A stretch of 37,370 nucleotides of DNA from a virus (IMGVR_UViG_3300020045_001670:1-37370), one strand, 5' to 3'; numbered from the stretch's first letter, positions 9,548 through 19,423 are shown. The notes: a model not told the origin generated them from the sequence alone. Made by a program: numbers and translations.

Positions 9548-9810
9548 TGGACGCAAAACAACTAGCCCAAGCTCTGCGCGACACAACACAGGGCGCATCT
9601 AACGCAGTCGCATCTAACGTATCTGCACCTGTTGATCTATTAGCCGCTGCACTCCGTAAAGCTGGATTGCCCATCCCAGAGAACGCAGTAGGCGGTGGCG
9701 CATGGATGCAAGAGCAAGGATTGACAGTTCCCGTAGATGGCGCACCTAAATACATTGGTGAGGCTATCGGCGGTGTTTTGCCTATGTTCATGATGAAGGT
9801 TCCCAAATGA
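9547..9810 (+). CDS. Small hypothetical virion-region protein (87 aa)
   Basis: TAATG and ATGA coupling to both neighbours. Confidence 0.6.
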   Translation: MDAKQLAQALRDTTQGASNAVASNVSAPVDLLAAALRKAGLPIPENAVGGGAWMQEQGLTVPVDGAPKYIGEAIGGVLPMFMMKVPK

Positions 9811-11363
9811 GGCAAGCCGCACGAACCAAAGGCAAACGCCAAGCGGTATCTAATTCCATTTCCCTCGCCTCTCCGGTAGGCGGGTGGAATGCGCGTGATT
9901 CTCTGGCTACGATGCCGCCCGAGGATGCGGTGGTAATGGAAAACATTTTCCCGCTGACCACTGAATGCATGCTTCGTAAGGGCTACACGAAACACGCCAC
10001 GGGCATTACAGGTCAAGTGGAAAGCGTATTCGCTTACACGGGTGGAGTTGCTGAAAAACTCTTTGCCATTGCTGGTGGTAACTTCTACGAAGTAACCACG
10101 GCTGGCGCGGTAGGTGCTGCTGTTGTCTCCGGTAAAACTAACTCCCGCTGGAATACGACCAATATCGCCACGGCTGGCGGGAACTTTCTTTACGCCGCTA
10201 ACGGGGTGGACAAACCCCAACTGTATGACGGCACAAACTGGACTTCTATTGATGGCGCATCAACTCCCGCTATCACTGGTGTAACCACGACCAAGCTAAA
10301 CAACCCGATTGTGTTTAAAAATCGGCTGTGGTTTACCGAAGAAAATACCCTTCGCACTTGGTATCTTCCCGCTGTCTCCATCGGTGGTGCTGCGGCCTCT
10401 GTTGACGTTTCAGCCGTTGCACAGCGTGGCGGGTATATCGTGGCTCACGCAACGTGGACGATTGACGCAGGCACTGGGGTTGATGACTACTATGTCATAG
10501 TGACCTCTCAGGGCGAAATCATCATCTACCAAGGCACAGACCCCTCCAGCATCACTACATGGGCGCTCAAGGGCGTTTGGTCACTTGGTTCACCCGTAGG
10601 CAATCGTTGCCTCTACAAACTTGCTGGCGACCTTCTGTACATCTCTCAGGATGGCCTAGTTCCCCTCTCTGGCTCTCTCCAATCTTCCCGAGTGAATCCC
10701 CGTGTCGCACTGACTGACAAAATTCAATTTGCCGTTTCTAGCGCTGTGTCGGTTTACGCTGGAAACTTTGGGTGGTCAGTGCTTTACTTCGCACCTGAAA
10801 ACATGCTGTTTCTGAATGTCCCGATTGCCGAGGGCAGTGGACAAGAGCAGTATGTAATGAACACCATTTCTAAATCATGGTGCAGGTTTACCGGCTGGGG
10901 CGCTAACTGCTGGGAGCTATTCCAAGACGCGCCTTATTTTGGCGGAAATGGGTATGTCGGTAAGGCGTGGAATGGTTATATTGACCATGATTCAAACATC
11001 AACGGTGTTTGCATTTCCTCATTCAACACTTACGGCAACCCCGCAAACCTGAAACGCTGGACAATGAGCCGCCCGATTATTCGGAGCAACGGCACTCCCA
11101 CTGTTTCCATTTCGATGAACGTGGACTTCAACTTAGACGCCGCATATAGCAGTCTTTCGTTTACTCCAAGTTCTTCGGCGGTATGGGACACGTCAAAATG
11201 GGACGCAGCTACATGGGGCGGTGACTTCTCTGTTTACCAAAGCTGGCAGGGCATCTCAGGCGTAGGTTATTACGGTGCGCCCCAAATGCGTATTGCATCG
11301 CAAGGTATCGATGTGCGCTGGGTTTCTACTGATATTGTTTATGAAGCAGGGGCTATTCTTTGA
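9807..11363 (+). CDS. Tail nozzle/hub (P22 gp10/T7 gp12-like beta-propeller)
   Basis: PVGGWNARD N-terminal motif, beta-rich 518 aa, follows the adaptor. Confidence 0.65.
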   Translation: MRQAARTKGKRQAVSNSISLASPVGGWNARDSLATMPPEDAVVMENIFPLTTECMLRKGYTKHATGITGQVESVFAYTGGVAEKLFAIAGGNFYEVTTAGAVGAAVVSGKTNSRWNTTNIATAGGNFLYAANGVDKPQLYDGTNWTSIDGASTPAITGVTTTKLNNPIVFKNRLWFTEENTLRTWYLPAVSIGGAAASVDVSAVAQRGGYIVAHATWTIDAGTGVDDYYVIVTSQGEIIIYQGTDPSSITTWALKGVWSLGSPVGNRCLYKLAGDLLYISQDGLVPLSGSLQSSRVNPRVALTDKIQFAVSSAVSVYAGNFGWSVLYFAPENMLFLNVPIAEGSGQEQYVMNTISKSWCRFTGWGANCWELFQDAPYFGGNGYVGKAWNGYIDHDSNINGVCISSFNTYGNPANLKRWTMSRPIIRSNGTPTVSISMNVDFNLDAAYSSLSFTPSSSAVWDTSKWDAATWGGDFSVYQSWQGISGVGYYGAPQMRIASQGIDVRWVSTDIVYEAGAIL

Positions 11364-11689
11364 TTGATAAATGGCGTCACTTGTTGGAACCTTTGGTTAA
11401 TGAATCACTGGCTCCTATCCCGTGGGAATTGGTGAAGTCGCAGGACTATATTTTGTTTGAATCCGAGCAATCGGTTTTGGTTGTTAACAAAGGATTCATG
11501 CTAGGTAAAAAAGCACTGTTAATCTGGCTTGCCGCTGGCATAATGGATGAAATAGACGTTCTGGCTCAACAGGCAGAAAACTATGGTAAATCCGAAGGGT
11601 ACGAAATCATCTCGTACTGTGGGCGCAAAGGCTGGATTAAGACGCATGGTTATACCGAAGTGGCAACTGTTGGAGTGAAGAATCTATGA
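11360..11689 (+). CDS. Hypothetical protein, possible GNAT-like fold
   Basis: LLIWLAAG..E..G..I...GRKGW pattern; position between nozzle and ejection genes. Confidence 0.45.
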   Translation: MIDKWRHLLEPLVNESLAPIPWELVKSQDYILFESEQSVLVVNKGFMLGKKALLIWLAAGIMDEIDVLAQQAENYGKSEGYEIISYCGRKGWIKTHGYTEVATVGVKNL

Positions 11690-12501
11690 ACGCAGTAAAA
11701 GATATTTTTGGCATTCAAAGTGCCCCCGCTACACCCGATTACAGCGGAGCCGCACAAGCCACAGCCGCAGGAAACCTAGCCGCTGCCCAACAAGCTACCC
11801 GAGCTAACCGTGTAAATCAGTACACGCCTTATGGTTCTCTAGAGTACACAGAGAATCCTAACGGCACATGGTCGCAGTATATGAACCTGTCCAACACTGG
11901 ACAGCAACTGCTGAACGCTGACAACGCCTCTGCCCTTGGATTGGCTGGATTGCAAAGCAACGCCATGCAAGGTGTTGCCAATCAACAAGCTCAGGGATGG
12001 AACGATGCTGCGCTGACCCCTTCCGCGATTAACGCTGGTGAAACTGCGCAAGACGCCATCATGCGCCGCCTACAGCCTCAAATGCAGCAAAAGCAAGCCG
12101 CATTAGAAACACAAATGGCAAACCAAGGTATCGGACGAGGAACCGAAGCGTGGAAAAACGCAATGGACGACCTTACACGCCAGCAAAACGATGCAACCTC
12201 ACAGGCCGCACTCCAAGGCATCAGCGTAGGCCAGCAAGCCCGACAACAAGGCATTCAAGAGCAACAGTATTTCAACTCCCGCGACTTGAACAACCTGAAT
12301 GCTCTGCGCTCTGGCTCTCAGGTGACAAACCCCACTTTTAGCAGCTACAACCAACAAGCCACGACCAGCGGCCCCGATTACACCGGAGCTACACAAGCAG
12401 GCTACAACGCCAATTTAGGCGCGACAAACGCCAATAATGCTTTTGGCTCTAGCGCTCTCAGTGGGTTGTTTGGTTTGGGTAGCGCCTACGCAGGAAAATA
12501 A
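11686..12501 (+). CDS. Internal virion/DNA ejection protein
   Basis: APATPDY..AA..TA..N..RVNQYTPYGSL N-terminus, Q/A/N-rich, Gly-rich hydrophobic C-terminus. Confidence 0.6.
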   Translation: MNAVKDIFGIQSAPATPDYSGAAQATAAGNLAAAQQATRANRVNQYTPYGSLEYTENPNGTWSQYMNLSNTGQQLLNADNASALGLAGLQSNAMQGVANQQAQGWNDAALTPSAINAGETAQDAIMRRLQPQMQQKQAALETQMANQGIGRGTEAWKNAMDDLTRQQNDATSQAALQGISVGQQARQQGIQEQQYFNSRDLNNLNALRSGSQVTNPTFSSYNQQATTSGPDYTGATQAGYNANLGATNANNAFGSSALSGLFGLGSAYAGK

Positions 12502-12503
12502 AC

Positions 12504-13727
12504 ATGGCAAATGTACTAATGGCCCCCGGAGCCTTAGACGCGCAGCAAGAGGAAATTCAGCGCCGCATGAAGTTTGCGGAAGCGCTGCAAAACCCTACTG
12601 CCGAGCAAGGCCGCATGGTAGGCAATCATTTTGTTTCGTTTAATCCGCTAGCGGGACTGGCTGATATTCTCCGCGCGAAGATCGGCGCAGATCAACGCAA
12701 GGGCGCAGAGCAGGAACTAAAAGACCTAGGCGCTAAGCGCCAAGAGATGATGTCTAACGCGCTCAAAACGTTCGGACAACTCTCTAACCCTAGCCAAGCA
12801 GGAACCGGCGCTACCAATCTGGTAAACGATGCTCTCCCACCTGAGATGCAGATCGGCGCACAACCTCAGATTGCACAGCGCAAACCCGACATGCAAGGCG
12901 CATATGCTTCGCTGATTGAATCAGGTATCCCAGCCCTACAACAAATGGGCACACAAGGCATGATTCAACTGCCTCAGATCGCCGCTCAACAACAAGAGCG
13001 CAAAGACGCCCGAGAAGCCGCACACGCGCAGCAAATGGAAGTGTTGAAGCAACGCGCAGAGGATGCCCGTTCTACGATGCAAGAGCGCCTACAAGCCCAA
13101 CGGGAAATGCAAGCAAATCAGCTTGAATTCCAGCGCCAAAATGCAGAGGCAAACCGCGCACAGCAAGCAAGCATGGCACGGCTGGCAGCTTCGTTGCGTC
13201 AACCCCAGCAAGCGCAGATCATCCAGACTGACACAGGCCCGATGCAATTGGTAGGCGGTAAAGCAGTGCCTATTGTTGGCCCTACAGGACAACCCGTAGG
13301 GGCAAAGGGCGCGACTAACACCAACCAAAAAGCGCAAGACGCCAAAGACGCCATCGCAGCTATTGATATGGCTGAAAAGCTCATTGATAAGGCAACTGGT
13401 AGCGGCATTGGTAGCGCGATTGATGCCACTGCTGGATTCTTTGGTAAATCCACATCCGGCGCACAAGCTGGCGCACAGTTGAAAGCTATTGAAGGCGACT
13501 TGGTGGCGAAAATGCCAAAAATGTCAGGCCCTCAGTCTGATAAAGACGTTTTACTTTATCGCCAAATGGCAGGCCAAATCGGTGACCCGTCCGTGCCGCG
13601 AGAAACCAAAAAGGCAGCATTGCGCACCATTCGTGAGATTCAAGGCCGATATGCTGGAACTGGCGGCGCTACGGGGTCATGGGAAGGTCAACCTAATGCA
13701 GGATGGAGCATTGCTCCCGTTCAATAA
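12504..13727 (+). CDS. Internal virion/DNA ejection protein
   Basis: Q/A-rich helical protein; synteny with podovirus ejection genes. Confidence 0.55.
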   Translation: MANVLMAPGALDAQQEEIQRRMKFAEALQNPTAEQGRMVGNHFVSFNPLAGLADILRAKIGADQRKGAEQELKDLGAKRQEMMSNALKTFGQLSNPSQAGTGATNLVNDALPPEMQIGAQPQIAQRKPDMQGAYASLIESGIPALQQMGTQGMIQLPQIAAQQQERKDAREAAHAQQMEVLKQRAEDARSTMQERLQAQREMQANQLEFQRQNAEANRAQQASMARLAASLRQPQQAQIIQTDTGPMQLVGGKAVPIVGPTGQPVGAKGATNTNQKAQDAKDAIAAIDMAEKLIDKATGSGIGSAIDATAGFFGKSTSGAQAGAQLKAIEGDLVAKMPKMSGPQSDKDVLLYRQMAGQIGDPSVPRETKKAALRTIREIQGRYAGTGGATGSWEGQPNAGWSIAPVQ

Positions 13728-15532
13728 TGCCAAAGTACCGCATCACATCCCCTGAGGGCAAGACCTTTGAGATTAACGCGCCTGATGGTGCGTCTCAGGA
13801 GCAGGTTTTGTCCTATGCCAAACAACAGTTTGAGCAAATGGGGCAAAAGAAAGCCGCAGACCTTGCCGCAGATCGTGAGAAATACTCTCCAACAGAAGGC
13901 ATGTCTGGCACTGAAAAATTCTTTGCCGGTATGGGTAAGGGTTTTACTGATGTTGGCCGTGGTGTTGGTCAACTCATGGGGCTTGTCTCAAAGGAAGACG
14001 TAGACGCCGCTAGGCAGCGCGATCAAGCATTGATGCAGACCGGCGCAGGGGTAGCAGGTAACGTGGCTGGAAACGTGGCCGCAACGCTCCCAACGGCTTT
14101 TATTCCGGGCGTTAACACTGTTACGGGTGGTGCTGCCGTAGGCGCTGCGTTAGGTGGATTGCAACCCGTTGGAACTGATGAAAGCCGCCTAAGTAATATG
14201 GCTATGGGTGGCGCTGCTGGCGCTGCACTTCCCGCCTTGATGAATGTAGGCAAGGCCGCTAAGGCCGCTTTGTATGACCCCCTAGCCGGTCAAAATCGCG
14301 TTATGGGTGGTGCGCTAACCCGTGCTGCTGGAGACAAAGCGCAAGAGATTGCAAAGGCATTGCGCGGTCAAGGTGCTGCAACTCAAGGCGTAAAGCTATC
14401 CGCAGGCACGGTCAGCCGCAATGAAGGATTGGCCGCACTAGAAGACGCAATCCGTAGTCAAATGCCTAGCGGTGAATTGGCGCGTATTGGACAAACAAAC
14501 CGCACAGCTTTGGCAGACGCACTTCGAGGCGTTGCAGGAACTCCCGAGGCTATGGCAACAGCGCAAGCGGCGCGTGAAGGCTCCGCTAACTCTTTGTACG
14601 GTGCTGCACGAATGAAAGGGATTGACCCCGCATCGTTGGAGCCTGCCGCGCAACAAAATATCGCTAATTTCATGCAACGCATACCCGAGGACATTCTCGC
14701 CCGTGCGCGTGAGCTTGCAAAGATTGGCGGCACCAGTATGGACAATGAAAGCTCTATTCAGGGTATGCATTGGGTTAAAAAAGCCATTGATAGCAAGATT
14801 GGCACGGCTGTACGATCTGGCGACAATGAGATGGCAAGGGCATATTCAACGCTGCAAAAAGACTTGCTAGAAGGCATGTCCCAAATCAGCCCAGAATACG
14901 AAGCTGCGCGTCAGTCGTATCAGAAGTTAAGCCAGCCTATTAACCAAATGCAAGTAGGCGAAGCATTATCCAAAAAACTAATCCCTGCTACCGCAGACGA
15001 TATGCCTGCTAGTCTGAACTACGCATCTTTGGCTAAAGCCATGCAAGACCCTGATGCAGTAGCACGACTAGCCACGGGCTTTGAAGGCGCGAAGATGGGT
15101 TCTATCTTATCGCCTGAGCAACTCGGAACGGTGCAGAATGTCACATCTGATGCAAGCCGCATAGCTGAGGCTTTGAAACGTGGCATGGGTTCAGGCTCTC
15201 CCACTGCGCGGCGATTGGCTCAGGGTGAGATGGTTTCCCAGCACTTCGCAAACGAGGCCCCGATTACATCGCGCATTCTTGAGATTGCAGGACATATCCC
15301 CGGCGTCAATCTGGCGACTAAGGGCGCGTCTGCTATCGGCTCTATGGTGGGCGATAAGATCAACGCGCAGATGCTGGGCAAGCTGGATGACATGCTGGCA
15401 AACAACCCGCAGGGCGTAGCTCAATTGATTGAAAAGGAGCTAATGCGGATTGAACCCACTCAGCGACAAAAGATTATCCGAGCATTGCCACAATCCGTAG
15501 TTTTGGGATTGTCAGCTAATGCGATGCAATAG
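13727..15532 (+). CDS. Large internal virion/DNA ejection protein
   Basis: TAATG-coupled start (MPKYRITSPEGKTFEINAPDGAS), Gly/Ala-rich membrane-like segments. Confidence 0.6.
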   Translation: MPKYRITSPEGKTFEINAPDGASQEQVLSYAKQQFEQMGQKKAADLAADREKYSPTEGMSGTEKFFAGMGKGFTDVGRGVGQLMGLVSKEDVDAARQRDQALMQTGAGVAGNVAGNVAATLPTAFIPGVNTVTGGAAVGAALGGLQPVGTDESRLSNMAMGGAAGAALPALMNVGKAAKAALYDPLAGQNRVMGGALTRAAGDKAQEIAKALRGQGAATQGVKLSAGTVSRNEGLAALEDAIRSQMPSGELARIGQTNRTALADALRGVAGTPEAMATAQAAREGSANSLYGAARMKGIDPASLEPAAQQNIANFMQRIPEDILARARELAKIGGTSMDNESSIQGMHWVKKAIDSKIGTAVRSGDNEMARAYSTLQKDLLEGMSQISPEYEAARQSYQKLSQPINQMQVGEALSKKLIPATADDMPASLNYASLAKAMQDPDAVARLATGFEGAKMGSILSPEQLGTVQNVTSDASRIAEALKRGMGSGSPTARRLAQGEMVSQHFANEAPITSRILEIAGHIPGVNLATKGASAIGSMVGDKINAQMLGKLDDMLANNPQGVAQLIEKELMRIEPTQRQKIIRALPQSVVLGLSANAMQ

Positions 15533-15664
15533 GATTTTTTTAATCTTGCCTTCTGGAAAAAACCGAATGAACGCAAACCGCACACATACAAGCAAAGACA
15601 AAACCGCAAGTATTAAAAACGGTTTGACCAATAGCGACAAGACCAATACTTCACTAGGCGTCAT
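15512..15664 (-). CDS. Antisense 50-aa membrane microprotein (not in ORF track)
   Basis: MTPSEVLVLSLLVKPFLILAVLSLLVCVRFAFIRFFPEGKIKKILLHRIS; GAGGGG SD about 10 nt upstream; fills the gap between two + strand genes. Confidence 0.6.
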   Translation of the reverse strand: MTPSEVLVLSLLVKPFLILAVLSLLVCVRFAFIRFFPEGKIKKILLHRIS

Positions 15665-16030
15665 ATGAAATCATCCCCTCAAGAGTTTATCGCCCTGCTG
15701 TTTCTCAGTCGTGACGTTGCGCACAAAGCGCACCTAAATACCGACAGTTTTTCGCAGCACATGGCATTGAACGCATTTTATGACGGAGTGATTGACCTCG
15801 CTGATAAATTTGCCGAAGCATGGATGGGGCGCAAAGGCGAAAAGATTGGCGACATTCCAGACATGAAAACGCCCAAAAGCGACATTCTCAAGACTTTGAA
15901 AGTACACCTAGAAGTGATTGAAGAAACACGCTCATTCGTGCCAAAAGAAGATACGCCACTCAATAACATCATTGATGAGATTGTGGGCCTATATCTTTCT
16001 ACAATCTACAAACTAACATTCCTCAAGTAA
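15665..16030 (+). CDS. Ferritin/Dps-like four-helix protein (DUF5856-like)
   Basis: H..HL.T.SFSQHMAL..FYD....LADKFAEAWMG..NIIDEI..L...TIYKL pattern. Confidence 0.6.
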   Translation: MKSSPQEFIALLFLSRDVAHKAHLNTDSFSQHMALNAFYDGVIDLADKFAEAWMGRKGEKIGDIPDMKTPKSDILKTLKVHLEVIEETRSFVPKEDTPLNNIIDEIVGLYLSTIYKLTFLK

Positions 16031-16039
16031 GGGGCAAAA

Positions 16040-17410
16040 ATGCGAAACGGCTCAGGCACATATAACCTAGCGACTGGCAATCCAGTAACTACCGGCACGA
16101 CCATTAGCTCTACATGGGCCAATAACACCCTTGCAGATATTGCCTCCGCGCTCACTCAATCAGTATCCAAAGACGGACAAACCACACTGACCGGAAACCT
16201 ACCAGCCGGAAACAACAAATTAACGGGTTTGTCTGCTGGTTCTACTGATGGCGATTCGCTCCGATTTGAACAGCTATTTAGCCAAGGCGCACCGACTGAC
16301 ATTGCATCTGCGTCTACCGTGGATATTGGCGCACAGCGTACCAATTTTTTGAACGTCACCGGCACGACCACAATTACCTCGTTGGGCACGAATTACAACG
16401 GCCCTAAAATGTTGAAATTTACCGGCGTATTAATTTTGACGTATGACGCGACAACGCTAGTAATCCCCGGCGCTGCTAACGTCACGACTGCTGCTAATGA
16501 TTTCTGTATTGTGGTTCCTAAGTCCACCACAAGCGGAACCGCTGACGGATGGCAGGTGATCCACTATCAACGCGCAAGCGGCTTGTCTGCTACGGCAGGC
16601 GCAAATAGCGACATCACCAGCATTAACGGATTGACCACGGCAATCAGCGGCACAAATTTGGGCGACAAAATCCAGCCCATTACCGCATCGGTTGCGACAA
16701 ACGCGCTGACCATAACGCTCAACCCTACGACTTTGGATTTTCGTAGTTCATCGTTAACCAGCGGAACCGTTAACACCCGCGCTATTACTTCTGCTATCAA
16801 TTTGGTAATTTCTAGCGGATCAACCCTTGGAACAAACAGCGGCATTTTGTCTCGGATTGCTGTTTTGGCTATTGATAATGCCGGAACGCTTGAACTCGCA
16901 GCGGTAAATATTGCTGGTGGAAATGATTTATCAGAAACCGGATTGATTAGCACCACTGCCGAAGGTGGCGTAGGGGCCGCAGATTCTGCCAGTGTCATTT
17001 ACTCCACTACCTCACGAATAAACGTTCCTTATCGGGTCGTTGGTTTTATTGAATCAACCCAAGCTACTGCCGGAACATGGGCATCCGCTCCTTCTCTTAT
17101 TCAAGGTAAGGGTGGGCAGGCAATAAATGCCATGTCATCGCTTGGTTATGGGCAGACTTGGCAGGCTGTCACCCGCAACAGTGGAACGACTTATTACAAC
17201 AATACTGGAAAACCCATACTGTTGCAAGTAACTGGCGCTGGTGTATCTGGCATTGGACAAGTTGCCATTAATATCCAAGGTGTAGCAATGAACGTAGTTG
17301 TTACTTCTGCTGGAGTATCGTACACAGGATTGATATTGATTCCTGATGGAGCGTATTACACGCTTACCGACACTAATATTGCATCGCGCACAACATTTGA
17401 ACTCCGATAA
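16040..17410 (+). CDS. Tail fibre/receptor-binding protein
   Basis: RNGSGTYNL..NPV..GTTISSTWAN anchor; Thr/Ser/Gly-rich; GANSDITS and GYGQTWQ..TR...TTYYN.TGKPI fibre motifs. Confidence 0.8.
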   Translation: MRNGSGTYNLATGNPVTTGTTISSTWANNTLADIASALTQSVSKDGQTTLTGNLPAGNNKLTGLSAGSTDGDSLRFEQLFSQGAPTDIASASTVDIGAQRTNFLNVTGTTTITSLGTNYNGPKMLKFTGVLILTYDATTLVIPGAANVTTAANDFCIVVPKSTTSGTADGWQVIHYQRASGLSATAGANSDITSINGLTTAISGTNLGDKIQPITASVATNALTITLNPTTLDFRSSSLTSGTVNTRAITSAINLVISSGSTLGTNSGILSRIAVLAIDNAGTLELAAVNIAGGNDLSETGLISTTAEGGVGAADSASVIYSTTSRINVPYRVVGFIESTQATAGTWASAPSLIQGKGGQAINAMSSLGYGQTWQAVTRNSGTTYYNNTGKPILLQVTGAGVSGIGQVAINIQGVAMNVVVTSAGVSYTGLILIPDGAYYTLTDTNIASRTTFELR

Positions 17411-17425
17411 ATTGAAGGGTAGAAG

Positions 17426-17809
17426 ATGAACGTAGAACCATCAATGCTAGAACTCATAAAGGACTGGGTTCTAGTACCCCTTGCCGGTGTAGCTGCGTGG
17501 GCATGGAATCACAATGAAGCCGAGCATAAGGCGCTCAGAGAAGCGCATGAAAAGCTAAAAGAATCGTCATCTCAGGGAGCCAGCCGACTGAATGACAAGC
17601 TCATGGAACATGTTGACTACCGAGTAAACGATGCTATCAAATTCGCCCGTGAAGAAGATAGCCGATTGATGAACGAGATGGAAACCCAGCGGGGGCACAT
17701 CGCTAAAATATTTGACAAGCTGGAAGAACATGCCAGACGCTCCGAAGATCGACACGTAGAGATGCTGGGAGCGATTCACGAAGGACTAGCACGAAAGGCT
17801 GACAAATGA
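17426..17809 (+). CDS. Lysis-region membrane-anchored coiled-coil protein
   Basis: N-terminal hydrophobic segment followed by a charged coiled coil; upstream of holin and lysozyme. Confidence 0.5.
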   Translation: MNVEPSMLELIKDWVLVPLAGVAAWAWNHNEAEHKALREAHEKLKESSSQGASRLNDKLMEHVDYRVNDAIKFAREEDSRLMNEMETQRGHIAKIFDKLEEHARRSEDRHVEMLGAIHEGLARKADK

Positions 17810-18270
17810 TTACCGCTCTGTTTTCTTTCCTTGGTGGCAATGTTTTTCGCATGATTTTTGGCGAAGTCATCGCCTATCTAAACAAAAAGCAAGATCACCA
17901 GCAAGAAACAGAGCGCATGAGGCTACAAGCAGAGCTAGACGCTGCCCAGCATGAGCGCAACCTCAAAGCCATTACCGTACAAGCTGAACTAGGCGTGAAA
18001 ACGATTCAAGTCCAAGCGGAATCAGCTATTGGTGAAATTGAGGCGCAAGGATGGCTAGAAGCCGTTAAAGCCACAGCGGTTAAAACTGGCATCATTTGGG
18101 TTGACGCATGGAACTCAACAATTCGCCCTGCCGTTGCTACATGGGCGATTGTGATGATTACCTTTAACGAATTTGGCGTTATTGTCATCAGCGAAACCGC
18201 GCTATCCATTGCAGGCGCTGCCCTCGGTATTTATCTGGCTGACCGCTCACTATTCAAGCGCGGCAAATGA
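17806..18270 (+). CDS. Putative holin
   Basis: Hydrophobic N-terminus, two C-terminal TM segments after the IRP motif, basic DRSLFKRGK tail; directly precedes lysozyme. Confidence 0.55.
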   Translation: MITALFSFLGGNVFRMIFGEVIAYLNKKQDHQQETERMRLQAELDAAQHERNLKAITVQAELGVKTIQVQAESAIGEIEAQGWLEAVKATAVKTGIIWVDAWNSTIRPAVATWAIVMITFNEFGVIVISETALSIAGAALGIYLADRSLFKRGK

Positions 18271-18707
18271 CTTCAATCGAAATTGCAGCCGCTCTAGCGC
18301 GTAGGTTTGAGGGCTTGTACCTTACCCCTTACCTTTGCCCCGCTGGAGTGCCTACGATTGGTTACGGGGCTACCTACTACGAAGGCGGCGCACCGGTAAA
18401 GATGACTGACCCGAGAATCACAAAAGAACGCGCAGAGGAATTGCTTTTGTGGATGGTGCGGACAAAGTACATACCGACAGTGATGCGCCTATGCCCGAAG
18501 ATAGACACGCCCGAAAGAGTCGCCGCACTGATTGACTTCACATTCAACCTCGGAGGCGGCAACCTCAAGGCGTCAACCCTTCGTCGCAGGGTAAACGCAG
18601 GCGATTGGGAAGCCGTGCCCACTGAACTCCGCAAATGGAATAAAGCGGGTGGCCGTGTGCTTAGGGGGCTGACGATTCGGCGCGAGGCTGAGATTGCTTT
18701 AATTTAA
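18267..18707 (+). CDS. Endolysin, GH24 phage lysozyme
   Basis: FEG..L.PYLCPAGVPTIGYG catalytic segment, AL.DFTFNLG, STL, GL..RR.AE. Confidence 0.92.
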   Translation: MTSIEIAAALARRFEGLYLTPYLCPAGVPTIGYGATYYEGGAPVKMTDPRITKERAEELLLWMVRTKYIPTVMRLCPKIDTPERVAALIDFTFNLGGGNLKASTLRRRVNAGDWEAVPTELRKWNKAGGRVLRGLTIRREAEIALI

Positions 18708-18969
18708 CCATTGCATATGCCTGCAAAAGTGTTTGGGCCTCACCAGACTCTAGCAATCGAGCCATCTTTCTCCTAAGTTTTGCGGCGTCAGGATACTTAG
18801 AAAAAAATGATTCAACTTCTTTTGACGCTTCTAATTGAGCATTTAAAAGTTCTTTTTTCTTGTATTCACGCTCCCACTTTTTAATCTCGCGCAGATCACG
18901 ACGAACCCAGTTTAGAAACTTTTTTCGCCATTCTTTTTCTGGAATGTCCATCAGACTAGAATTTGTCAT
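18661..18969 (-). CDS. Hypothetical basic protein
   Basis: ATGA-coupled start at 18969, AT-rich, converges on lysozyme. Confidence 0.5.
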   Translation of the reverse strand: MTNSSLMDIPEKEWRKKFLNWVRRDLREIKKWEREYKKKELLNAQLEASKEVESFFSKYPDAAKLRRKMARLLESGEAQTLLQAYAMVKLKQSQPRAESSAP

Positions 18970-19103
18970 TGATTCCCTTTCAAAAGATTTTGCGCAGACC
19001 TTGCCAAGCCGTGCCACTTACACACCAAAGCCCGACCGCCTAGCACGAATTTGATCTGGTGCGGCCCTTCGGTTTTCTTGCCGCAGACAGCACACCATTT
19101 CAT
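18966..19103 (-). CDS. 45-aa CxxC microprotein (not in ORF track)
   Basis: MKWCAVCGKK..VCKWH; ATGA overlaps at both ends. Confidence 0.5.
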   Translation of the reverse strand: MKWCAVCGKKTEGPHQIKFVLGGRALVCKWHGLARSAQNLLKGNQ

Positions 19104-19423
19104 AAAAAAGCCACTTGCTCACGACTAAACAAAGTGCGGCCTCTGGTGTATGAGCTATCAACCCACCGGGTTTCAGGCTTAAATCGACCTGTTGGATGAG
19201 GGCAATGCGCAGGTGGTACAACCACGCACCAGACAGCTACATATTGCCCCCTAACAGGCCCAACCCAGCGGTCTATGTAAGCGTCAGGCATTGATTCAAG
19301 AGAGCGTCTTGCATTATTTCCGGATGAAAGCCGGTCAAGGTTTGCTGCTATTTCGTTCAGTGTTAGACCTTCTGGATGACGCCTAAGTAAATCGCGTATT
19401 TCTGGATGGTGTGGGCGCTTCAT
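19100..19423 (-). CDS. Putative winged-HTH DNA-binding protein
   Basis: IRDLLRRHPEGLTLNEIAANL helix-turn-helix-like start. Confidence 0.55.
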   Translation of the reverse strand: MKRPHHPEIRDLLRRHPEGLTLNEIAANLDRLSSGNNARRSLESMPDAYIDRWVGPVRGQYVAVWCVVVPPAHCPHPTGRFKPETRWVDSSYTRGRTLFSREQVAFL

